From Polyangiaceae bacterium (GTDB lineage Bacteria > Myxococcota_A > Polyangia > Polyangiales > Polyangiaceae), in the NCBI GenBank assembly GCA_044376115.1, contig JBILLK010000003.1, positions 160,001 to 224,000 on the forward strand: DNA of 64,000 nucleotides, in the 5' to 3' direction. Under the pieces are notes generated by a model. That model worked only from the letters and a program-made list of their open reading frames with translations. It ran no database searches and had not been told where the DNA came from. This document shows positions 38,421 through 48,783 of this stretch, in pieces. The position numbers were made by a program, and so were the translations under genes. Positions within the stretch are counted from its first letter, which is position 1; every line of letters starts with the position of its first letter.

Positions 38421-41400
38421 AACACTGGGAGCAAGGTGATCGCCTGCTGGGCGGTCGCTACCGCTTTGTAAGGCGACTGGGCGCTGGAGGTCTCGCCGAT
38501 GCGTTCGAGGTGTTCGACGAAGCCGCCGGGACGGTCCGCTGTCTAAAGCTCCTCCATCAGGAGCTTGAACCAGAAACTCAGTGGCTGCGTCGTGAGTTCG
38601 ACCTCTTGCGCGGCTTGCACCATCCCAACCTGGTTGAGGTCCATGACTTCGGCCGCGTGCGTATCGACTCGATTCCGCGGGCCTTTCTAACCACAACGCT
38701 GGTTCGCGGAACGACCTTGGAAAGCGCGCTAGAGCGCAGACCGATGTGGGCAGAGGTGAAATCGGCTTTTGCGGACGGGCTCAGAGGGCTTGCTTACCTG
38801 CACCGCGTCGGGATGCGGCATGGTGACTTCAAGGAAGCCAACCTGATGCTCGAGAGCGAGCGGGGAAGGGGCGTGCTTATCGATCTCTCGTGCGCCGACC
38901 GCCTCATCTCTCGGGCCTCTGGTGCAGGGACTCAGAAGTATATGGCGCCCGAACTCCAGCCTGGCCGCCGGGTGGATGCACAGGCCGATGTGTATGCAGT
39001 TGGCGTCACGTTGTCCCAAATGGCGGAAAGGCTTAGCGACGGAGAACAGCTCAAAGGCTTGGCGGCGCGGCTGTGTCAACACGACCCTGCGGCGCGTCCA
39101 CATGGAATCGAAGCGGTGCTCGAAGCCCTCGATGAAGACTTGCACCAGCGCGCCTATGTCCCGGTAAGCAGCCCCACCTTCCTCGGGCGAGCTAGCGAGT
39201 TGCGCGATGTGGTTCTGCTAGCGGAGGACGTCGTACGGGCCAAAACAGGTCCTCGGATCGTTCAGATCGCTGGTCCATCTGGAGTCGGCCGTTCGCGGTT
39301 CTTACGCGAAATAAAGTGGTCTCTGACGAGTCTCCTCGATGTCGTTGAAGGCTATGCAGAACAACCGCAGTCGATTCAAGCCATGCTGACGCGTGCAACC
39401 GGATTGACTCTACCGGCGTCCAACCTTGCAGCTCTTCAGGCCGTTAATGCACTGGCTAGTCGCCAATCCGCGGTGGCGCTCGTCCTAGACGACGCTGATA
39501 AGCTAGAGGCAGACCAGCGTGAGCTTTTTGAGGTGCTGACGAGGACGATAGAGGCTCATCAGCCACTGCTAATTGTCTTCACAACGAAGCAACCATCCAA
39601 CGAACTTGACGATCAGCAACGAACATTCGTACTCGAGCCCCTGACGCGAGAGCAGGTGGGGCAGTGGCTCGAGGTCTGCGGACATAGTGCTAAAGGCCTC
39701 TACGACAAGATCGGTGGGCACCCAGCAGACATCGAGCGAGGCATCCGCGCACTTCACCACGGCACTCCTCCGACAGAACTCGAAGGTGCCGTTGCGGAGG
39801 GTCGGATAGCGAGCTCAACGCCGCCAGCCGACTGCCGTCGGCTGGTTGCTCTGCTCGCATTGTCTCACACCCCGCTGCCGACTGAGGCCCTCCTGCACCT
39901 CGCCGAACTAACGGTCTTGCCCGATGCCTTCTTCGACTTAGGCACACAAAAGACGGCCCAAGGCTGGACGTTAGTGGTCAAGCCGCCGCAAGAATCCGTT
40001 GTTAGTTGGATTGGTGCACACGAGGCGAATGCCCTGCACGTCCGGCTTGCGCAGTATGCTCTAGAGCTCGCACCCACCCTGGGATCGGCTGGCTTTGCCC
40101 GAGCTGCGTGGCACTTCTTCTCGGCAGGCCAGCTTCCTCGCGCCATCGGACTATTCGAGAGCAAGAAGCAGCAACGAGAGCTACTGCCCAGGCCTTGGGT
40201 TAAACTCGCCGAGCGCGTTCCGAAGGACTCGGAGAGCGCCCCTTCGGCAGCAAAAACGCTTCTACTGGCAGGTGAGCCCAGTCGAGCGCTCGACCTTCTT
40301 GGCGCGACCTCGAGCTCGTACTCACCTGAAGTTCGATTGATACGTGCCGAGTGCCAGCTCGAACTAGGTGATACACAAGCATGTATCTCCACCCTCGAGC
40401 AGGAGTCCTTCGGCGACTCTGAACAAGATGCGCGAGCGCAACTGCTCAAGGCAAGGGCGGCCCTCCGCTTGGGCTACAATGAGCAGGCCGCTGCATGTGC
40501 TGAAGCGGGCCTCGCTATTCAGCCCCCGACAAGGCAACGAGGAGAATTGCACGAGTGCGCTGGGGTCGCTGCGCTTTATCTAGGTAAGTACGAGCAAGCA
40601 AAAGAGCAGCTCAACCTGGCAGCTCAGCTAGGGGACCATGCGCGCGATCCAAAAAGGCTTTTTCGAGCCGTTTCCTACGAGGCAATCCTCGCGTTCAGGC
40701 AAGGTGACATGCCTAGGGCGATGCAAGGGTATCGTCGAGCGCATACAATTGCAGAAGACAACGGGATCGTCGATCAGCTCGCGCGGACTTCGCTTAACCT
40801 TGGTAGCGCCCTGCATCAGGAAGCAAGTTACGCCGAGGCGCTAGTACAATACGAACGTGGCGAGCGGCTCGCGCGCGCACTAGGCCAGCGAGACTTGCTC
40901 CTTGTGTTTGCTTGCAACTCGGCAAAGCTACATGCCGATCTCTTCGATCTGGACCGAGCTGAAACCCAAGCTACTCGTCTACGAGTTCGAGCGGAACGAG
41001 ATGGGGCCAAGTTCTTTGTCGCAGCGGCAGATACGGTGTTAGCCGAGGTACAGGAGGGTCGTAGGCATCTAGCCGAGTCCTATCACCTCCACGCCCAAGC
41101 AAAGCAGACCCTCGCAGAACTTGGAGCGCATCGCGAGGCCCTTGAAGAGGAAGTCGAGCTGGCGCGGGTTGCGGTCGCACGTGGTCTCATTGCCGACGCG
41201 CGAGGCCACCTGGCTACCGTGCAACGCGCACAGCTACCGCACGATATAGAGGTAAAGTCGCTGGTCGTAAGCTCCGACCTAGCTAGAGCTGAAAACGAGA
41301 GTGAGCGGGCGCACGCGCTTTTGGCCAAGGCCCAACTCAAAGCGGAAAAGCTCCACCAGCCGGCTGTGCTAGCGTTGGTGCTCGGGCGCTTGGTGCGGAC

Positions 41401-43192
41401 AGCGACCGATCTTGGATTGGAGTCAGAGGCGGAAGTCGCGCGAAGGGCCCTGTTTGCGCTGTGGGCGGAGATGGTGCGCGGCCTCAGCCCGCTCCCGCGA
41501 AGCGCGTTCTACTCCAAACCCGAGCGAAAGCAGCTCGTCGAAGCTGCTGCCGGCGTCGCCCACGTCAGCGGTGCACCTGACCGGAGAGCGGCCGGCGATA
41601 ACAGTTCAAGCCACCCAGCGAGTGCACGCCAGGACATGCTTGAAAGGCTGATAGGAGCCTTTCGAAAGCTAAACTCGTCCCTCGAGTTCTCGGATCTAGT
41701 AGCGTTTGCGGTCGACGAGGCCATCGCGCTCACGGGAGCTGAACGTGGCTACATCTTGCTCGCCTCCGGAGACGGCGCGTTCAATGTTGCAGTGGCGCGA
41801 AACATGGATCGCGCAGCACTCACTGCGGAGGAGGAGAGCGTGAGCCGAACGATCGCTTTGGATGTAATTCGAAGTGAGCTGCCTCTGGTTACCGTCGACG
41901 CGCAATCAGACAATCGATTTCGATCCAATACCTCAGTTCACTCCATGCGACTCCGCTCTGTCATGGCGGTACCCATACGCTCGCCCGACGGCGTCCTAGG
42001 CGCTCTCTATCTCGATAATCGGTATGCCCACGCCCGCTTTTCCGAGGCACAGGTAGATCTGTTGATGGCGTTTGGAGACCAGGTTGCCTTAGCCCTCCGA
42101 AACGCACAGCAACTCGACCAGCTCAAGATGCAGACCGACCAACTCCGAGAAGCGCACGCCACCGTCAAGGCTTTGGCCAAGGGTCAGGCGCTTGAGATAG
42201 AGCGGCTGGAAGAGGAAGTTAAACGCCAACGCGCAAGTCTCGACTACCGCTTCGACTATTCGACTATCATCGGACGGAGCACCTCGTTGCGTCGCGTGCT
42301 CTCTACACTCGACCGCGTGATCGATTCACCCTTGTCGGTTCTGATCGGTGGAGAGAGCGGAACGGGCAAAGAACTCATCGCGCGCGCAATCCACGCCGGC
42401 TACCGAAAGGATCGGCCCTTCATCGGCCTCAACTGTGGTGCGCTGCCCGCATCAGTGCTTGAAAGCGAGCTCTTTGGTCACGTTAAGGGGGCATTCACCG
42501 GAGCAGACAAGGATCGGCATGGACTGATTGTTGCTGCCCACGGCGGAACCTTGTTTCTCGATGAACTCGGGGAAATGCCACTGGAGATTCAGGTCAAGTT
42601 GCTGCGCGTCCTTCAGGAGCGCGAAGTGCGGGCGGTGGGCTCAGAACGGTCTACCACGGTCGACTTTCGGCTCGTCTCGGCGACGAACCGAGATCTGCGA
42701 CTCGAGGTGCAGCGCGGTCGCTTTCGTGAGGATCTATTTTACCGAGTAGGCGTTGTCGAGGTCGTTCTGCCGCCGCTCCGTGAGCGAAAAGACGACCTGC
42801 CGGAGTTGGTCGCCTTTATGTTGGAGCGTGCGGCACGGGAGCTCAATCGGCCGCAACCCCGCCTGGATGTGAGCGCTTTGCGAAAACTCTACGACTACGA
42901 CTGGCCAGGCAATATCCGCCAGTTGCAGAATGTGGTGACCCGCGCTCTCGTGCTCTGCAACGGTAACGTGCTGGGACCAGCCGATATTGAGCTACCAGCA
43001 GCTGCAAACTCGTCCCAGGCAACGAAGCGGCGACCTTATCGCACCGCTCCAGAGCTTTCTGAGCGCGAGCGATTAATCGAAGCTCTGCGGGTTACACATT
43101 GGAATGTGGCACGTGCGGCCGACCACTTAGGGATGCCGCGCGCGACCTTCTATCGACGACTAAAGCTCTATAAGTTGGAACGGGCGCAATGA
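38408..43192 (+). CDS. Multidomain sigma54-dependent activator: kinase - P-loop ATPase - TPR - GAF - AAA+ - Fis HTH
   Basis: HGDFKEAN kinase; GPSGVGRS; TPRs; GAF ([15 protein letters not shown]); [39 protein letters not shown]. Confidence 0.93.
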   Translation: MGLMEHWEQGDRLLGGRYRFVRRLGAGGLADAFEVFDEAAGTVRCLKLLHQELEPETQWLRREFDLLRGLHHPNLVEVHDFGRVRIDSIPRAFLTTTLVRGTTLESALERRPMWAEVKSAFADGLRGLAYLHRVGMRHGDFKEANLMLESERGRGVLIDLSCADRLISRASGAGTQKYMAPELQPGRRVDAQADVYAVGVTLSQMAERLSDGEQLKGLAARLCQHDPAARPHGIEAVLEALDEDLHQRAYVPVSSPTFLGRASELRDVVLLAEDVVRAKTGPRIVQIAGPSGVGRSRFLREIKWSLTSLLDVVEGYAEQPQSIQAMLTRATGLTLPASNLAALQAVNALASRQSAVALVLDDADKLEADQRELFEVLTRTIEAHQPLLIVFTTKQPSNELDDQQRTFVLEPLTREQVGQWLEVCGHSAKGLYDKIGGHPADIERGIRALHHGTPPTELEGAVAEGRIASSTPPADCRRLVALLALSHTPLPTEALLHLAELTVLPDAFFDLGTQKTAQGWTLVVKPPQESVVSWIGAHEANALHVRLAQYALELAPTLGSAGFARAAWHFFSAGQLPRAIGLFESKKQQRELLPRPWVKLAERVPKDSESAPSAAKTLLLAGEPSRALDLLGATSSSYSPEVRLIRAECQLELGDTQACISTLEQESFGDSEQDARAQLLKARAALRLGYNEQAAACAEAGLAIQPPTRQRGELHECAGVAALYLGKYEQAKEQLNLAAQLGDHARDPKRLFRAVSYEAILAFRQGDMPRAMQGYRRAHTIAEDNGIVDQLARTSLNLGSALHQEASYAEALVQYERGERLARALGQRDLLLVFACNSAKLHADLFDLDRAETQATRLRVRAERDGAKFFVAAADTVLAEVQEGRRHLAESYHLHAQAKQTLAELGAHREALEEEVELARVAVARGLIADARGHLATVQRAQLPHDIEVKSLVVSSDLARAENESERAHALLAKAQLKAEKLHQPAVLALVLGRLVRTATDLGLESEAEVARRALFALWAEMVRGLSPLPRSAFYSKPERKQLVEAAAGVAHVSGAPDRRAAGDNSSSHPASARQDMLERLIGAFRKLNSSLEFSDLVAFAVDEAIALTGAERGYILLASGDGAFNVAVARNMDRAALTAEEESVSRTIALDVIRSELPLVTVDAQSDNRFRSNTSVHSMRLRSVMAVPIRSPDGVLGALYLDNRYAHARFSEAQVDLLMAFGDQVALALRNAQQLDQLKMQTDQLREAHATVKALAKGQALEIERLEEEVKRQRASLDYRFDYSTIIGRSTSLRRVLSTLDRVIDSPLSVLIGGESGTGKELIARAIHAGYRKDRPFIGLNCGALPASVLESELFGHVKGAFTGADKDRHGLIVAAHGGTLFLDELGEMPLEIQVKLLRVLQEREVRAVGSERSTTVDFRLVSATNRDLRLEVQRGRFREDLFYRVGVVEVVLPPLRERKDDLPELVAFMLERAARELNRPQPRLDVSALRKLYDYDWPGNIRQLQNVVTRALVLCNGNVLGPADIELPAAANSSQATKRRPYRTAPELSERERLIEALRVTHWNVARAADHLGMPRATFYRRLKLYKLERAQ

Positions 43193-43208
43193 TCGGACAT
43201 ATTGCGCC
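43183..43208. terminator. Hairpin at a convergent gene junction
   Basis: GGCGCAAT-N10-ATTGCGCC; no U-tract. Confidence 0.35.
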
Positions 43209-43232
43209 GAGTCTCACGGCACCCTTCATGCT

Positions 43233-44900
43233 CTAGGGGGTAGAGCTACCTAGATAATAGGTTTCCTCGTCGCTGAAGACTTGAGCCAGGGCATCCCCTT
43301 GGGTAACGGCCCAGGAATAGTCAGTAGGAAAGTTGTTGCGCAGCAAGGTGTTCCCACCCCCTGGTAGTGCCAGGACGTCCTCGCTGCGGAGCTTCGTGCC
43401 GGCGTGTTGGTGACAGCCAATGCAGTTACTGTCCGCGTTCCCATGGCCCAGCTCAATATAGGGGTTGGAACACCAACTGGGAGTTCCTGGTCCAGCGTAA
43501 ACTGCTTTGAGCGCTTCGCCCAATGACGGATGCGTCTGGGAGTACCCGCCTGACGGATCAAGGTCTTGCTCCTCAAACGCGGTCACCGCGCACATCTTGT
43601 AATTCGCCCAAGGCCCAGCAAGGGAAGCTGGCCGATCCGCGCCAAAATCGCTATCGGGCGACTCCGACCAAAAGAGCGTGACCCAGAGCCAATGGTCCAA
43701 TTCCTTGGTCATAACGTGCAGAGCGGCCAGGCGATAGTGAGCGCCATTCGGAAGCGTCAGCGTATAAATGTCGTCCGAAGTCGGGTTTACCTCGCCATCG
43801 GCGAGGTCCCACGAAACTTCGCCAGTCAAGCGTTGCTCGAGCGCGTCCGCTGACGTGCTGAACTTCGGCATTGTGAGTTCAAAGTCGGCTCGCCTGTAGT
43901 CCGCTTTGATCACCACCGCATCATTGGGGAAGGCCCCGTCCAAACAGGCCGACCACGGTGGATGTTGGCTCTCGAGATATACGGTGACCACAGACTCGAC
44001 AGCGCGCTCCGAGTTGACGAGTACGTCGACGGTTGCTGGCCCAGAGATGGTGCACACCGAGCCAGGCGCCGTGCGGCACTCTTTGCTCTCCGAGCGCAGG
44101 ATGAGCTCCGCCGCGTCGCCTTCCTCGAGTGTGACCTGAAGCGATTCGTCCTCCTTGACCGCGTAAGTGCCTATGGCGGTGGTTTCACATGCGGCGGCGC
44201 TAAAGGGCTCCCGCGCCAGTTCTATCCGTTGAACGGGGCCGAGTTCACGCTCCGGGGGAGGGCCGGAACTACGGCACTCCAGGATTTCCGGGTAGCTTCG
44301 TAAGAGGTGACGAGCCGCGCCGGGGCTGTACGCTACGCGAGATATGCCGGCCAGGCCGTTGACTTCGGAGGCGTCACTTACGTCCTCGAGGTACTGCTGA
44401 TAGCGCTCTGCTGGCCAGTTCGGCAGGCCGTCAACTGCGACGAGATTCCATTCGAACGCGTTATCCAAGGACTCAGCGGGGAAACGTGAGCGCGCGCGCT
44501 TCTGCTCGAGTGGTAACGCGCCATAGAGTTCATGGAAAACGCGTCGAAGATCCCCGAGGTCGTACCACGTTTGGAAGCGGGGTATTGCCGCGTTGGAGAC
44601 GTTTGGAAGTGGCTCCGACAGCGGGACAGGCGCGATGACTTTTGCGATGGTGCTCCAGCCGAGCTCCCGGCGGAGCTTTTGCGAGCCTGCCAGCTCCGCT
44701 TCACGCGCGCGGAGCAGCCCGTCCGCCGGGTAGCCTGATGCCTCGCCGACGATCTTCCGGTCTGCCGCGGTTAGTGCAGCCTGACTTGTTGTTAGTGAAC
44801 AGACTTCCGGCTCCTTGGGTGGAGCCTGCGCCGACTCACAAGCGACGAGTACGAGCGCCATCAAACAGGAAGATAGAGCGCTCGTTCCCGGCTTGTTCAC
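43233..44900 (-). CDS. Lipoprotein with single C-terminal CxxCH (putative cytochrome c)
   Basis: Lipobox LVAC; LAALHVMTKE..W.W..FW, NY.MC, SNPYIE, SNCIGCHQH; GTG start inferred. Confidence 0.75.
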   Translation of the reverse strand: MNKPGTSALSSCLMALVLVACESAQAPPKEPEVCSLTTSQAALTAADRKIVGEASGYPADGLLRAREAELAGSQKLRRELGWSTIAKVIAPVPLSEPLPNVSNAAIPRFQTWYDLGDLRRVFHELYGALPLEQKRARSRFPAESLDNAFEWNLVAVDGLPNWPAERYQQYLEDVSDASEVNGLAGISRVAYSPGAARHLLRSYPEILECRSSGPPPERELGPVQRIELAREPFSAAACETTAIGTYAVKEDESLQVTLEEGDAAELILRSESKECRTAPGSVCTISGPATVDVLVNSERAVESVVTVYLESQHPPWSACLDGAFPNDAVVIKADYRRADFELTMPKFSTSADALEQRLTGEVSWDLADGEVNPTSDDIYTLTLPNGAHYRLAALHVMTKELDHWLWVTLFWSESPDSDFGADRPASLAGPWANYKMCAVTAFEEQDLDPSGGYSQTHPSLGEALKAVYAGPGTPSWCSNPYIELGHGNADSNCIGCHQHAGTKLRSEDVLALPGGGNTLLRNNFPTDYSWAVTQGDALAQVFSDEETYYLGSSTP

Positions 44901-44904
44901 GGCC

Positions 44905-46851
44905 TTAGTTTGCCGCCTCGACCACGAGAGCCGCGTCACTTGCAACGATGTACTCTTGGTTCTGCCCAGAGGGCCGGACAATAAAGTAAATCCACCCGTC
45001 CGAGCGGAAGTGGGGGAAGAGAGCGTACTGGCCCGGCTGCATGTGAGTGATTCGGCGGGTAAGGCCCGTCAGTAGATCCATCAAGTAAATGTTGGCGGCT
45101 CCCTGTTGTGCGTACGCAAGGAACGCCGGGTCACTTGGACCCGTGAAGCCAAGCTCCACAGCGTCTTCATCGCTCACGTAGCGGTGAATAACAGCCCAGC
45201 GCTCATCAAACGAGATGCCCGGCTTGCCGCCGTTGAAGCAGTACCGTGCGACCTCAGGGGCAACGACGTCATAGGTGTTGCCATTCGGCGTTGCTGTGAG
45301 CTTCCGCAATCGAAAGCCGTTCTGATTCCAGTTCTGGCCAGCTACCCGACCCATGAGGAGCGCACTCGAAGGCGACATGACCGTGTCCCCTTCATAAGGG
45401 GTTGGAATTGAGAGGGTGGCTTTAGGCACGAAGTCCGTCCCGTTGTTGATCATCGGGGTTAGGTCGACGTTGGAGCCCTGATTGAAGAAGGCCGCAGGGT
45501 TGCCCGGGGTGAACTGATGGCCGCCGTCATCGCTGACGAAGGAGCCGTCCACTGCCCAGTAGTCACCGCCACCGAGGGCTGCGCCGATATGCTGATAGAG
45601 GCCGACCTGGCTGGCCCCGCTGCACTCGGGCTCATTGAAGCTGACGCTCTGCGGGGAGGAAGTCAGCAGGGTCTGAAGGCAGATGCCCGTACCCTGCGGG
45701 GTGCCTTGGAACATGAACGCCGAGTTGTCCGGAAAGAACCCGGGATCGTAGGCTGCCTGCGCAGGGATCTTTGTGTTGTTCAGTAGGTCAACGATGCTGG
45801 AACCGAGCTGGCTCCCGCCGCCGTGGCCAACGAAACGCCCATCTGCTGAGCTGCGCGTCCAGTAGGAGGAGGAGAAATTGTTGGTCCGAAGGATGCGGAG
45901 TTTTGCGTTCGGGAAGTGCTCCCAACCGGCGCCAAACGCTTGGCTGCTCGCGAGCGGGTAGGTGGAGAGGCATCCGAGTGCGTCGGGAGCTCCAGCGCAG
46001 CCGAACATGAGCAGGCCATTCTCTGCATTGGCGGCGCGCCAACCCGTTGTCGCCATTGCATTGATGTGTTGCGCCACCTCAGGACCGATGCTCGGCATAC
46101 AGCCACCCGGGGGCGGCTCTTCCGGCACGAACTCTTCCAAGAAGGGGAGACCGCGCGCAAACCACTCGGCCACGATGTCGAACTCATTCTGGCTGAAGCC
46201 CTCGGTGAGTTTGGGCATACCAACCTTGATCTTGAAGTTCTCGTGCGGTCCCGCGCCGACGTTGTCGTAAACGCGATTGAATAGCGTTGTAAACCAATCG
46301 AGGTGTGCAGCAGCGGCGTAGATACCAAGCTTGGAGGTCGTGTACGGAGACTCAAGCACCTCAGGCTTCTGGCGGAAACAAGCTAAGACTTCCTCCGCGT
46401 CGGGCTTGGTGAGTAGCGAGGTGTCAGCGAAGCAGCCGCCCTCGGCTGTCACGGTTAGGTCTTTCCAGTGATTGAGCAGGCCCGAGTTGAGTGCGTGACA
46501 CTTAGTGCATGTGGTGTTGGTCGCACCAAGAGGCTGATAGCCCATTAGGATGAGCGACTCATAGGCGAGCTGATCATCCGACATATTGTCGATTGGGTTG
46601 CGGAGCGGGGGTGCGGGCGGGAACCCCATGCCGCCTTCACCGCCCATCCCAGCCACGCCACCGCCCTCACCTCCGAGCCCGCCTGCGCCGCCGTTGGTCC
46701 CAGCGCCGTTGCCAGCCGTACCACCCGAGGCGCCCGATCCCCCACCTCCCGAGGAGGTGTCATCACCGCAAGCCGCCAAAGCGGTAGCGGAGGCGAGCGT
46801 GAGGCAAATTGCGGCGTAACGGTGTGCGCGAAACTTGGGGGCTAGGTTCAC
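44905..46851 (-). CDS. Lipoprotein with CxxCH and C-terminal TolB-like beta-propeller
   Basis: Lipobox LAAC, Gly linker, CTKCH, SADGRFV / SFDERW / FRSDGWIYF propeller-like blades. Confidence 0.75.
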   Translation of the reverse strand: MNLAPKFRAHRYAAICLTLASATALAACGDDTSSGGGGSGASGGTAGNGAGTNGGAGGLGGEGGGVAGMGGEGGMGFPPAPPLRNPIDNMSDDQLAYESLILMGYQPLGATNTTCTKCHALNSGLLNHWKDLTVTAEGGCFADTSLLTKPDAEEVLACFRQKPEVLESPYTTSKLGIYAAAAHLDWFTTLFNRVYDNVGAGPHENFKIKVGMPKLTEGFSQNEFDIVAEWFARGLPFLEEFVPEEPPPGGCMPSIGPEVAQHINAMATTGWRAANAENGLLMFGCAGAPDALGCLSTYPLASSQAFGAGWEHFPNAKLRILRTNNFSSSYWTRSSADGRFVGHGGGSQLGSSIVDLLNNTKIPAQAAYDPGFFPDNSAFMFQGTPQGTGICLQTLLTSSPQSVSFNEPECSGASQVGLYQHIGAALGGGDYWAVDGSFVSDDGGHQFTPGNPAAFFNQGSNVDLTPMINNGTDFVPKATLSIPTPYEGDTVMSPSSALLMGRVAGQNWNQNGFRLRKLTATPNGNTYDVVAPEVARYCFNGGKPGISFDERWAVIHRYVSDEDAVELGFTGPSDPAFLAYAQQGAANIYLMDLLTGLTRRITHMQPGQYALFPHFRSDGWIYFIVRPSGQNQEYIVASDAALVVEAAN

Positions 46852-46897
46852 TTGATTCTCCGACTTGCTAATGCCCGAAGGCGGGGCAAGCGATCAG

Positions 46898-46926
46898 AAA
46901 GAGGTGCAGGAAGACTGCACTTTTTT
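46898..46926. terminator. Intrinsic terminator-like hairpin
   Basis: AAAGAG-GTGCAG-GAAGA-CTGCAC-TTTTTT. Confidence 0.55.
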
Positions 46927-47010
46927 AGTGTAACGAAGGAAGCTTCGAGCGGGGCTTTGATCTGCTTTGAGGACGATGAAAATGACCGTGGAACCTCGGT
47001 CAACAGCCGC

Positions 47011-48699
47011 TCAGTCCTCAATGACGCGGATGGCCTTGGAGGGGCAATAACGTTCAGCGGCCTTGGCTTGCTCGTATTGATCCGGTCCGGGGTTTGGCTT
47101 TAGAAGACGGCTTTTCCCGAGGCCGCTGACGCGAAAAACCTCGGGTGCTTCTCCCTGGCAAGCCGCGTGTCCTTGGCACAGGTCCAAGTCCAGCGAGACG
47201 CGGAAGCTCTTCGGTGTGGAGACTGTCGCCGTTTGCTCCACCGCTGGAGCGGCGGGAACAGCTTGCGGTGCTACTGCTACTTCTGCCACTCCTGCCGCAC
47301 TGCGCACAGCGACCCGCCTGCGGTAGCGCATGCGCACTGGCTCTTTGGGACCCACCACCAGACCGTGGAAGTCGCTGCCCTTGTGGGGCTCACTCAGCTC
47401 GAACTCGTAACGGCGCAGCAGGATGCTGAGGATGGCTTTGACCTGAAGGATGGCAAACGCGTTGCCCATACACTTATGACGCCCACCGCCGAATGGGATG
47501 TAGGCGAAGTCTCGCTTGTCTTCCGACCGCGGGGGGGCAAAGCGATCTGGATCGAAGACGTGGGGATTCTTGAAGAACTCCGGGAGCAGGTGCGAAGCGG
47601 TCGGGGAAAGCAGAATCCACGTACCCTTCTCGATGAAGAAGTCCTTGTAGACGAAGTCCTTCATTGCCACGCGCACCAGCATGAACAGCGGGGGATGCAG
47701 ACGCAGCGTCTCGAGCACCACGTACTCGGTTAGTGGGACATTGCGCAGCGTGAGGAAGCCAACCTCGGTGCCGTCCGAGAAGTTGGCGTCAAGCTCCTCC
47801 AAAACCTTGGATAGATATTCAGGGTGCTGCACGAGCTCTATGATGGCCCAAGCCGTAGTCACGGAGCTCGTGTGGTGGCCGGCGAACATGGCGGCGATCA
47901 GCATGCCGGAGATCTCGAACTCGTTGAGGGGAGCGCCGCTCTTGTAGCGAGCGTCCATCAGCGTCTGCAGGAAGTCTTCACCCTCTCGGCCGGACTTGCG
48001 CCGATCTTCAATCAGCTTGGTGACCATCTCCTCGAGCCGGACGCGCGCACGATCTCGTTCGCGGAACGACGGCAAAGGCAAGTGCGCGTTGAGGTAAGCC
48101 ACCGGCGTGACCCCGCGCTCTAGCGACTGATAGACGCGCGCAAACTCGTCGGTCATGCCTGTGCGGAACTCATTGCCAAGCAGGCAGTGGCTCGAGGTGA
48201 AGTTGGTCAGAACGCGGCAGAAGTCGACGAGGTCGATCTCCCCCTGGTCTCCCCAGTTCTTGATCATGCCTTCGACCTCGCGGACGATGATCTCCCCGTA
48301 GGTGCGCATGCGCTTGTCCTTGAGCGCTGGCAGCAGCATCTTGAGCTGCTCGTTCATCTTGTCGGGTGGAGCGTCGTAGACCATGCCCTTGCCGAACACC
48401 GGCGTCATGATCTTGTAGGCCTCGGCGGGGTTGAGGTGCTCATCCGGAGCGCGGAAAACCGCCTCATGCGCGTCGGGACCGAAGACTGCGACCATCTTCT
48501 TTCCGAGCACGTCGATCGAGCAGATCTCCCCGTGTTCGGCGGCCGCTCGCGACAGCATACCCATCGCATCACGCACGAAGTCGGCGGTGTGTCCGACGAC
48601 GGGGAGCCCGCCCGAGAGCTTCGGCGGGAGCCGTAGCCCCTCGGGAATCGCTGCCTTGGTCTTACGAAAGATCGCCGGAACGAGCGGGTCCAGATTCAT
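47011..48699 (-). CDS. cyp51: Sterol 14-alpha-demethylase (CYP51) fused to C-terminal ferredoxin
   Basis: YKIMTPVFGKGMVYD, MFAGHHTS, ETLRLHPP, FGGGRHKCMG; Ala/Pro linker; DLDLCQGHAACQGEAPEVF...YCPSKAI. Confidence 0.9.
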   Translation of the reverse strand: MNLDPLVPAIFRKTKAAIPEGLRLPPKLSGGLPVVGHTADFVRDAMGMLSRAAAEHGEICSIDVLGKKMVAVFGPDAHEAVFRAPDEHLNPAEAYKIMTPVFGKGMVYDAPPDKMNEQLKMLLPALKDKRMRTYGEIIVREVEGMIKNWGDQGEIDLVDFCRVLTNFTSSHCLLGNEFRTGMTDEFARVYQSLERGVTPVAYLNAHLPLPSFRERDRARVRLEEMVTKLIEDRRKSGREGEDFLQTLMDARYKSGAPLNEFEISGMLIAAMFAGHHTSSVTTAWAIIELVQHPEYLSKVLEELDANFSDGTEVGFLTLRNVPLTEYVVLETLRLHPPLFMLVRVAMKDFVYKDFFIEKGTWILLSPTASHLLPEFFKNPHVFDPDRFAPPRSEDKRDFAYIPFGGGRHKCMGNAFAILQVKAILSILLRRYEFELSEPHKGSDFHGLVVGPKEPVRMRYRRRVAVRSAAGVAEVAVAPQAVPAAPAVEQTATVSTPKSFRVSLDLDLCQGHAACQGEAPEVFRVSGLGKSRLLKPNPGPDQYEQAKAAERYCPSKAIRVIED

Positions 48700-48783
48700 G
48701 GAGCGGCTCGTACCAACGTCCCTGCCCGGCCGAAATGAGAAACGGAAAAGCCGGGCAGGGCACCTTGGCAAAGGGCTGGGACG

